NCBI GenBank assembly: GCA_947373155.1
Contig: CANBWO010000003.1
Coordinates: 8,968-72,967 of the forward strand
Direction: 5' to 3'
Length of the DNA: 64,000 nucleotides
From: Microbacteriaceae bacterium
GTDB lineage: Bacteria; Actinomycetota; Actinomycetes; Actinomycetales; Microbacteriaceae
Shown: piece by piece, positions 57,049 to 64,000 of the stretch
Position numbering within the stretch: position 1 is the stretch's first letter
Layout: the number at the start of each line of letters is the position of its first letter
The notes under the pieces: model-generated
Told to the model about the DNA's origin: nothing
The model's input: the letters and a program-made list of their open reading frames with translations, nothing else
The model's database searches: none
Translations under genes and position numbers: made by a program

Positions 57049-58760
57049 ACTGTCTGATCGGCCGCCAAACTGTGTCCGGCGGTCATGCCTTGCAAGCTGC
57101 TGGCGATGATTTGTCCAGCGGGAAGCGCCACTGGTTCGTGGCCAAAGTTGTGAACTATAAGAATATCACCGTTTTGGTAGCCAAGCACGTTTTGCTCTAC
57201 CAGACCTTCAGCCCACTCAAAGGAACCTTCGCCTAGCCTCAAATCCTTGCGCAGAGCTAGAGCCAGTTTGTAAAGCTCAAGCGTGGAACCGGCCACGCCC
57301 TCCTGCAGGTCTCGTGAGTATTCACGGTAGATAACAGGCTGTGGCAACCAACTTGCACCGGTTACGTTAAATCCGTTGGCAGCTCCAACTCCTGCTTCCC
57401 AAGGCAAGGTAACACGGCAGCCATCGCGGCCCACCCGCTTTCCGTGGGTGCGGGCAAAGGTTGGGTCTTGCCTAAATTCCGGTGCCAGAGTGGTGTGTTC
57501 CGGAAGCCCCAGCTCTTCTCCCTGATAGAGGTAAGCGGAACCTGGAAGCCCCAACATGAATAGGGTGGCTCCGCGAGCTCGGCGAAGGCCTAATTCGCGA
57601 TCCGGTTGCGGGTCGGTAGGGCCAACTCCATCGCTGTCTGTTGGTTTGATTTTCAGGCCGCCAAAGCGGCTGGCGTGACGAATCACGTCGTGGTTGTTCA
57701 GCACCCAGGTACTTGGAGCCCCAACGCCGTCGAACGCCTCAAAGCTTTCGTTGATGTTCTCGAAAAGGGTTTTGGCATTCCAGTCGCTGTTTAGGAATCG
57801 GAAGTTAAAGGTCTGGTTGAACTCATCTTGGCGAACCCAATGAGCCATAAATGAAAGGGGGAGCACATAGGCTTCGCCGCACATGGCGCGATCACCCTCA
57901 TACGAATCCAAGATGGCTCGCCACCGCCTAAAAATCGGGTGGACTTCCTCTTGGAACCACATGGGAGGCGACGCCTCGCCCTCTATGAAGCCGGCTCCGG
58001 CTCGCTCCACATCCGGGTGATCCGGAAGCCCGGCGGCCTTGGCCATGGCATGGGGTTGGTCTACTCGGAACCCGTCGACTCCTCGGTCTAGCCAAAAGCG
58101 CAGAATGTCTTCAAAGGCAGCTTGAACTGCGGGGTTAGCCCAGTTCAGGTCGGGCTGGCTGCTGTCGAACAGGTGCAGGTACCACTGGCCCGGTGTGCCA
58201 TCGATGTTGGTAAGGCGAGTCCAAGCCGGACCTCCAAATAGGCTCAACCAGTTATTTGGTGGCAGTTCCCCATTCACGCCCTTGCCTTCGGCAAAGTGAT
58301 AAAACTCGCGTTCGGGTGAACCGGGCTCCGCCGCTAAAGCGGCCTGGAACCATCCGTGCTGGTCGCTCGAGTGATTTGGCACTAGGTCGATCAAAACTCG
58401 AAGCCCTAGCCGATGCGCCTCAGTCAGTAAGTCGTCAAAATCGGCAAGGCTTCCGAACAGCGGATCTACATCGCAGTAGTCGGAGACGTCGTAGCCAGCG
58501 TCTTTTTGCGGTGACTTATAAAACGGTGACAACCAAACGGCGTCGATTCCAAGGGTAACCAGTGCACCCAGCCTGCTAGTAATGCCCGGAAGATCGCCCA
58601 TTCCATCGCCGTTGCTGTCAGCAAAACTGCGCGGGTAAATCTGATAGATGACACCGGAGCGCCACCATTCGGCGCCGGCGGTAGCGCGGTGGCTTACCGA
58701 GCCGCTCCAAGATGCATTCTTCACAGTTGCAATTGTGGCAGTATCTAGAGCTTTATCCAC
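57030..58760 (-). CDS. GH13 alpha-glucosidase / oligo-1,6-glucosidase-type (paralog 2)
   Basis: Motifs WWRSGVIYQIYPRSF, DLVPNH, GFRVD and NNHD. Confidence 0.9.
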   Translation of the reverse strand: MDKALDTATIATVKNASWSGSVSHRATAGAEWWRSGVIYQIYPRSFADSNGDGMGDLPGITSRLGALVTLGIDAVWLSPFYKSPQKDAGYDVSDYCDVDPLFGSLADFDDLLTEAHRLGLRVLIDLVPNHSSDQHGWFQAALAAEPGSPEREFYHFAEGKGVNGELPPNNWLSLFGGPAWTRLTNIDGTPGQWYLHLFDSSQPDLNWANPAVQAAFEDILRFWLDRGVDGFRVDQPHAMAKAAGLPDHPDVERAGAGFIEGEASPPMWFQEEVHPIFRRWRAILDSYEGDRAMCGEAYVLPLSFMAHWVRQDEFNQTFNFRFLNSDWNAKTLFENINESFEAFDGVGAPSTWVLNNHDVIRHASRFGGLKIKPTDSDGVGPTDPQPDRELGLRRARGATLFMLGLPGSAYLYQGEELGLPEHTTLAPEFRQDPTFARTHGKRVGRDGCRVTLPWEAGVGAANGFNVTGASWLPQPVIYREYSRDLQEGVAGSTLELYKLALALRKDLRLGEGSFEWAEGLVEQNVLGYQNGDILIVHNFGHEPVALPAGQIIASSLQGMTAGHSLAADQTVWIRIS

Positions 58761-60442
58761 ACGGTCTGGTCATGCTCGAGTTCGCCTTCAATACGCAAGT
58801 CGTGTTGAGTAGTAACCAAGAGCTCACCAGCCGGAACCACAACAGGATCTGGACCAAAGTTGGTCAGCACCAGAACGCCATTGTTTACGTAGGCAAGAGT
58901 GTTTTTGTCTTCAAAGTCCTCGGCCCAACGGAACTCTCCGGCACCCATTCCAAATGCCTTACGTTCCTTTAGTAGGCGCTTGTAAAGCTCCAGAGTGCTG
59001 CCGGCAACGCCATCTTGCAGGTTACGGCTAAAGACTCGGTAATTCGCCGGCTGCGGAAGCCAAGACTTGCCGGTTGCGCTAAAGCCGTTGGACTCCGAGG
59101 CATCGGCCTCCCATGGCAAAGGAACGCGGCAACCATCGCGGCCCACGCGCTCGCCGTTGGTGCGGAAGAAAGTCGGGTCCTCGCGGAACTTGGCATCCAG
59201 GGTGGTGTGTTCCGGAAGCCCCAACTCCTCGCCGTTATAGATGTAGGAAGAACCAGGAAGCCCGAGCATGAAGGCGCTCGCGGCACGAGCCTTTCGGATT
59301 CCCATGGCCTCGTCTGGCTGAGCGTAGGTTGGGCCAATGCCATCGCCTGGTTTTGGAATCTCGATTGCGTAACCGTAGCGAGTGGAGTGGCGAACCTGGT
59401 CGTGGTTGCTAAGTACCCAGGTGCTGCTGGCCCCAACCTTGCCGTATTCCACGATCGAATCGGTGACGATCTTCTTGAGTGCCACTGGTTCGAACGGGGT
59501 TGACATGTAGTCAAAGTTGAACGACTGGTGGTATTCGTCGGGGCGAACCCACATGGCCAGGCGCGGCAGTGGGCTCATCGATGCCTCAGCGCACATGGCG
59601 CGGTCATCAAACTCATCGACTACGGAGCGGAAACGGCGAATAAAGTCGTGCACTCCTGGCTGACCCCAATAGGGAACACGCTTCTCGGCTTCGGCAGTGG
59701 CCATCTTGGAAATGTTGTATTCCTTGCCACTGGCATCGTGGGAGTCGGAATCTGGCAGGCCATCGCGCTTGACCATGCCGTGAGCTACGTCGACTCGGAA
59801 GCCATCGACGCCTTTTTCTAGCCAGAATCGCAGGATGTCGTCGAATTCCTGGGCAACGTGAGGGTTGCTCCAGTTCAGGTCAGGCTGGGTGCTGTCGAAA
59901 AGGTGCAGGTACCACTGGCCGGGAGTGCCGTCTGAATTAGTGGTGCGAGTCCACGACGGACCGCCGAAGATCGAGAACCAGTTATTGGGAGGCAGTTCCC
60001 CGTTTTTACCCTTGCCCTCTTTGAAGTGGTAGTACTCGCGTTCTGGAGAGCCCTCTGGGGCGGCCAACGCTGCCTGGAACCAAACGTGTTGGTCGCTGGT
60101 GTGGTTAGGAACGATATCAACGATGATTCGGATCCCGAGCGAGTGCGCCTTGGCAATAAGTAGGTCGAAGTCGTGATTGGTTCCGAACAGAGGATCAATC
60201 TGACGGTAGTCACTTATGTCGTAACCGGCGTCTTTCTGGGGAGACTTGAAAAACGGGCTGAACCAGATGGCATCGATGCCCAGTTCGGCCAGACTATCGA
60301 GGCGGCTGGTGACACCAATTAGGTCTCCCATTCCGTCGCCATTGCCGTCGGCAAAGCTGCGCGGATAGATCTGATAAATGACCGCGGTGCGCCACCATTC
60401 GGCGTTTTTGTTGGCCTGGTGAAGTATCTGTGAGCTAGACAT
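58745..60442 (-). CDS. GH13 alpha-glucosidase / oligo-1,6-glucosidase-type (paralog 1)
   Basis: Motifs WWRTAVIYQIYPRSF, DIVPNH, GFRVDVAH and SNHD. ATG 60442 is preferred over the track start at 60505. Confidence 0.9.
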   Translation of the reverse strand: MSSSQILHQANKNAEWWRTAVIYQIYPRSFADGNGDGMGDLIGVTSRLDSLAELGIDAIWFSPFFKSPQKDAGYDISDYRQIDPLFGTNHDFDLLIAKAHSLGIRIIVDIVPNHTSDQHVWFQAALAAPEGSPEREYYHFKEGKGKNGELPPNNWFSIFGGPSWTRTTNSDGTPGQWYLHLFDSTQPDLNWSNPHVAQEFDDILRFWLEKGVDGFRVDVAHGMVKRDGLPDSDSHDASGKEYNISKMATAEAEKRVPYWGQPGVHDFIRRFRSVVDEFDDRAMCAEASMSPLPRLAMWVRPDEYHQSFNFDYMSTPFEPVALKKIVTDSIVEYGKVGASSTWVLSNHDQVRHSTRYGYAIEIPKPGDGIGPTYAQPDEAMGIRKARAASAFMLGLPGSSYIYNGEELGLPEHTTLDAKFREDPTFFRTNGERVGRDGCRVPLPWEADASESNGFSATGKSWLPQPANYRVFSRNLQDGVAGSTLELYKRLLKERKAFGMGAGEFRWAEDFEDKNTLAYVNNGVLVLTNFGPDPVVVPAGELLVTTQHDLRIEGELEHDQTVWIKL

Positions 60443-60490
60443 GCTTTTCACTTTAGGCGATTTAATTAGCGCTCTCGAAGGTAAACGTGA

Positions 60491-60504
60491 TGTAAACGCT
60501 TGCA
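60491..60504. promoter_or_regulatory. LacI-type operator 1 in aglA/malE divergent region
   Basis: TGTAAACGCTTGCA. Confidence 0.5.
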
Positions 60505-60532
60505 TCCAAACAGGATTGTTCGCTTCCGAACC

Positions 60533-60546
60533 TGTAAGCGCTTACA
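60533..60546. promoter_or_regulatory. LacI-type operator 2 (perfect palindrome)
   Basis: TGTAAGCGCTTACA is its own reverse complement. Confidence 0.6.
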
Positions 60547-60631
60547 TAATATTTTGTGGGGCTAGACATCAAATACCCCTAGGAAATAACCGTAATCAGA
60601 CCGTTATCAAAATCTGGCGTTGTTAATTTGC

Positions 60632-60645
60632 CGTAAGCGTTTACA
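60632..60645. promoter_or_regulatory. LacI-type operator 3
   Basis: CGTAAGCGTTTACA lies 65 nt upstream of the malE-like start. Confidence 0.5.
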
Positions 60646-60709
60646 GAGTAGTTTCGTTGTAGTTGACTGAAAAAGTCTTCCATCACTGGAAAATCACGAA
60701 AGGTAACAA

Positions 60710-61972
60710 ATGAAGATTCTGAAGCGTACAGCAGCGCTTGCGGCAGTTGCAGTTGCAGCCACCGCATTGCTAGCAGTATCGGTTCCAGCTCAGGCTGCAA
60801 CCAGCACCGTGACCATCTGGGGCGACCAGAACACTCACGATGCGATTTTCCCATCGCTAAGCAAGTGGGCAAAGACCAACAAGATCACCGTTAACTATGT
60901 AGTTAAGGACTTCGGTCAGCTTCGCGCTCAGTCGATCACCGCTATCCCAACCGGTTCTGGCCCAGACATCATCGCTGGTGCACACGACTGGACCGGCAAG
61001 CTTCTTGGCGCTGGTGTTATCGCTCCAGTTTCGCTAGGTGCTAACGCTAAGAACTTCAGCAAGGAAGCTCTTTCGGGCTTTAGCGTTTACGGCAAGCTAT
61101 ACGGCGTTCCATCGTGGACCGAGAACATCGCTCTTGTTTACAACAAGAACAAGGTTTCGAAGCCTGCAGCTACCACCGCAGAGTGGAAGAAGGCAATCGC
61201 CGATGGCACCGTTGAGGTTGGCTTCAACGCAACCAACGGTGACCCATACCACTTCGCAGCTCTAGACACCTCGTTCGGTCTATCGCAGTACAAGCGCCTA
61301 AACGGCGCTTGGACCAGCCAGATTGGTGAAGGCGGCGCTAACGGCGCTAAGTTTGCTGACTGGCTAGCTGCTGCAGACGGCGGTAAGGCTCTGAACAGCG
61401 GAAACAGCGGCGACTGGGACACCCTAAACGGCCAGCTACAGGACCCAAACAGCAAGGTTGCTTACTGGATCACCGGTCCATGGGCTATCTCGGCTCTTGA
61501 GTCTGACCACGCCTACGGCAAGCCTGCTGTAAAGACCACCGCTCTAAAGCCTTCGGAAATCGGCGTAACCGTATTCCCAAGCGTTGGTGGCTCGGCTGTT
61601 CACCAGTTCTCTGGTGTACGCGGTTACTGGGAGTCTGTAAAGGTTCCTGGATCGGCTAAGGCTCTTGTAGTAGGTAAGGTTCTAAACGCACTTGCTAGCT
61701 CGGACATCCAGAGCGCTGTATACAACCTAAAGCAGCTAATCCCTGCAAACCAGGTTTCTGTTGCCAAGGTTAAGGACCCAATCCTTCTGGGCTTCGGTAA
61801 GGCTGGTAAGGCTGCTTACCCAATGGCATCGTTCGTATTCCAGGACACCACCTGGTCGACCCTAGGTAAGGCAGAGGCTGCAATCATCTCTGGCAACACC
61901 CAGGGCAAGACCCCTGCTGACTTCTGGCAGGCAGCTATTGACACCCTGCAGTCGACCATCGACAACAGCTAG
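60710..61972 (+). CDS. malE: sugar ABC transporter substrate-binding protein (maltose/maltodextrin type)
   Basis: 420 aa with a signal peptide ending AQA. Family-1 SBP features are present, and MalF- and MalG-like permeases follow. Confidence 0.85.
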   Translation: MKILKRTAALAAVAVAATALLAVSVPAQAATSTVTIWGDQNTHDAIFPSLSKWAKTNKITVNYVVKDFGQLRAQSITAIPTGSGPDIIAGAHDWTGKLLGAGVIAPVSLGANAKNFSKEALSGFSVYGKLYGVPSWTENIALVYNKNKVSKPAATTAEWKKAIADGTVEVGFNATNGDPYHFAALDTSFGLSQYKRLNGAWTSQIGEGGANGAKFADWLAAADGGKALNSGNSGDWDTLNGQLQDPNSKVAYWITGPWAISALESDHAYGKPAVKTTALKPSEIGVTVFPSVGGSAVHQFSGVRGYWESVKVPGSAKALVVGKVLNALASSDIQSAVYNLKQLIPANQVSVAKVKDPILLGFGKAGKAAYPMASFVFQDTTWSTLGKAEAAIISGNTQGKTPADFWQAAIDTLQSTIDNS

Positions 61973-61992
61973 TCAAAACAAGTACCAAAGTT

Positions 61993-62018
61993 GGAGGCCA
62001 GGATTAGTCCTGGCCTCC
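61993..62018 (+). other. intercistronic stem-loop after the SBP gene
   Basis: GGAGGCCAGGA, loop TTAG, then TCCTGGCCTCC (11-bp perfect stem). No T-run follows. Confidence 0.55.
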
Positions 62019-62132
62019 TCCACTTGGGTTTGCAAATGTAAGCCCTTATATTCTTGACCGGCTCGCATTTTGGCCGTTGCGAGGCCTTCAGGTCGCTAGA
62101 TTTATTGCCGAAACAATCAACAGGAGCAACAC

Positions 62133-63836
62133 ATGGCAGAACAGCAAACCCCAGAGCAAAAAGCTCGGGCAAAGGCAAGAGCAAAGCTCTCCCGCAAGCT
62201 GGAAGGTGGTGTTCCCAGTCTCCGTGGAACCCTCATCAAGATAGCCTTCCTGGCTCTCGCAGATGCCGGAGCCCTGTTTGCATCCATGCTCCTAATCGCG
62301 CAGCACCAGTGGCTTTACTTCTCGGTTTTGCTTGGGGCCACTCTGCTAATCAACTGGGTCTACCTTCGTAAGGGAAATCTGCCGGCCAAGTACCTAGCTC
62401 CAGGCGTAGTCCTTCTGATCTGCTTCCAGATCTCCATCGTTTTCTTTAGCGGTTTCATCGCCTTCACCAACTACGGTGCACTGCACAACGGTAGTAAAGA
62501 AGACGCCATTACTTCAATCAAGCTCAGCGCTAGTGTTACCGACACCAACGCTCCGTTCCTTTACGTGAGCCCGGTAGAAGACAGCCAGAAAAAGGTCGCA
62601 TTTTTGGCAACCGACACCACCGATGCCAACAACCCGGTTATTTACCTGGGTGGCGCCGATTGGAATACCCTGGCTTGGCATCAGCTAACCGCAGCCGAAT
62701 TAGCCACAGTAAAGATGGGGCCTTCGCCTGCCGATGGCACGGAAATCGCCCTGTCGATCCAGGGATTTAAAACCCTTTCCATGGACCAAGTGATTGCTCG
62801 TCAGGCCGAACTTTCGAGCCTAAAGGTTCCGCTGGGAACAAACGTGGACAAAGCCGGATTCATGGCGCTTGACCCATCGGCGACCGGTGTTCAGCGAACC
62901 TTCTACGACGCCATCTACAACGCTAAGTCAGACACCTTCACTCGCCAGAGCGACGGCAAGGTGTTCTACGCCGACGAATCCATCGGTTTCTTCGATGCCA
63001 AGAAGGGTGACCAAAAGTCGGAGCGCATCAGCGACACCGGCTGGCGAGTCAACATTGGCATGGGCAACTTCAACCGCATCTTTGGAGACAAGTCGCTGCA
63101 GAAGCCGCTTTTGGGCATCTTCTCTTGGACCCTGGTATTTGCGCTTACCTCGGTGGTCAGCACCTTTGTTGTGGGTCTGGCACTTGCGTTCCTATTCAAC
63201 GATGACCGCATTCGCGGTAAAAAGATTTACCGCTCCATCATGATTTTGCCTTACGCGTTCCCCGCGTTCCTTTCGGCTTATGTCTGGAAGGGTATGTTCA
63301 ACACCGATGCCGGATTCATCAACACCAGCATTCTGAATCTGCACAAGGGTCATATGATCCCTTGGCTAACCGACCCAACCTGGGCAAAGTTCGCGATTCT
63401 GCTCTGCAACCTGTGGCTTGGCTTCCCGTACATGTTCCTAATCACCACGGGTGCACTTCAGGCAATCCCAAGTGAACTAACCGAGTCGGCAATGATCGAC
63501 GGCGCTACCAACTGGCAGCAGTTCCGACTAATCAAGCTTCCTTTGCTGTTGATTTCATTGGCTCCGCTTCTGATCTCTTCGTTCGCCTTTAACTTCAATA
63601 ACTTCACGGTTATTTATCTGATCACTGGCGGTGGTCCGAGCGGTGATCCGAGTTTGAGAGTAGATGCGGGTGGAACCGACATCCTGATCTCGTTCGTTTA
63701 CAAGATCGCCTTCTCCACCGGTGTTGGAGCCGACTACGGTCTGGCTTCTGCTTTCTCGGTGCTTATTTTCTTCATCGTCGGCGGTATCTCGTTCTTCAGC
63801 TTCCGTCGCACTCAGTTCCTGGAGGACCTAGCCTAA
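62133..63836 (+). CDS. malF: maltose-type ABC transporter permease (MalF-like, long N-terminal/periplasmic region)
   Basis: 567 aa. The EAA-loop region is IDGATNWQQFRLIKLP. A large extracytoplasmic insert lies between the early TM segments, as in MalF. Confidence 0.85.
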   Translation: MAEQQTPEQKARAKARAKLSRKLEGGVPSLRGTLIKIAFLALADAGALFASMLLIAQHQWLYFSVLLGATLLINWVYLRKGNLPAKYLAPGVVLLICFQISIVFFSGFIAFTNYGALHNGSKEDAITSIKLSASVTDTNAPFLYVSPVEDSQKKVAFLATDTTDANNPVIYLGGADWNTLAWHQLTAAELATVKMGPSPADGTEIALSIQGFKTLSMDQVIARQAELSSLKVPLGTNVDKAGFMALDPSATGVQRTFYDAIYNAKSDTFTRQSDGKVFYADESIGFFDAKKGDQKSERISDTGWRVNIGMGNFNRIFGDKSLQKPLLGIFSWTLVFALTSVVSTFVVGLALAFLFNDDRIRGKKIYRSIMILPYAFPAFLSAYVWKGMFNTDAGFINTSILNLHKGHMIPWLTDPTWAKFAILLCNLWLGFPYMFLITTGALQAIPSELTESAMIDGATNWQQFRLIKLPLLLISLAPLLISSFAFNFNNFTVIYLITGGGPSGDPSLRVDAGGTDILISFVYKIAFSTGVGADYGLASAFSVLIFFIVGGISFFSFRRTQFLEDLA

Positions 63837-63837
63837 A

Positions 63838-64000
63838 ATGACTACCTTAAACGAACTAGAACCAACCGCGCGCGTAATCAAGCAGCGTCGGATGTCTCCT
63901 CTCAAGTGGGTTCGAACCCTGGGCTGGAAGCACGTTGTGGGCATCGCAGTAAGCCTGTATGCGCTATTCCCGATCCTTTACATCCTGTCCACTTCGCTAA
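63838..64000 (+). CDS. malG: sugar ABC transporter permease (MalG-like), 5' part only
   Basis: Own translation gives MTTLNELEPTARVIKQRRMSPLKWVRTLGWKHVVGIAVSLYALFPILYILSTSL... It starts 1 nt after the malF stop and runs off the window. Confidence 0.7.
   Translation, partial: MTTLNELEPTARVIKQRRMSPLKWVRTLGWKHVVGIAVSLYALFPILYILSTSL

Noticed and set aside
1-64000. CRISPR arrays, rRNA genes or large interspersed repeat families.
   Set aside because: Reading through all intergenic regions revealed no regularly spaced direct repeats with unique spacers and no rRNA-like sequence. The only repeats are those listed: the 59-bp tandem, the tRNA-Tyr 3' ends, the operator motifs and the GH13 paralogs.

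Overview
The gene order matches the conserved actinobacterial housekeeping block known from mycobacteria, so this is probably a moderate-GC actinobacterial chromosome, possibly Microbacteriaceae-like (inference). Most of the window is core. It holds a partial MFS efflux gene, an EamA transporter, a tRNA-Glu/Asp/Phe cluster and an NlpC/P60 hydrolase. Next come ppa, tilS, hpt, ftsH, folE-folP-folB-folK-DUF3180, panC, lysS, clpC, a small GNAT, radA and proC. After these lie ArsR and TetR regulators, an aquaporin, a SOUL protein and an unlisted 32-aa bS22-type ORF. They are followed by HAD and glutaredoxin-like genes, a vapBC module and an archaeal-type aspS. The next block is cytochrome c biogenesis (resA-like, ccdA, resB, ccsB) and a nearly complete menaquinone cluster (menC/B/E/A/D/F/G plus a polyprenyl synthase). 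It continues with a GH36 alpha-galactosidase, an MFS gene, yajQ and a LacI regulator. Beyond the accessory patch described next lie monomeric icd, an MMPL transporter and an SGNH protein. Two tandem GH13 alpha-glucosidases and malEFG (malG partial) close the window. The only clear accessory patch starts at tRNA-Tyr (47434). The tRNA 3' end is repeated three times at about 170-bp spacing. An AT-rich islet of about 3.7 kb follows (about 47858-51610). It encodes a signal-peptide protein, a 4-TM protein, a divergent XRE-HTH + TPR regulator and an unlisted 46-codon Cys-rich ORF directly upstream of that regulator. This islet is my best candidate for an undescribed module, possibly a peptide-sensing regulator with an effector/immunity-like pair. 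I also find one LacI-type palindrome motif at three distant loci, which links aga, the lacI gene itself and the aglA/malE divergon. No CRISPR array, rRNA, transposase or intact integrase was seen. All homology calls come from reading the translations and recalling family motifs; no database search was run.
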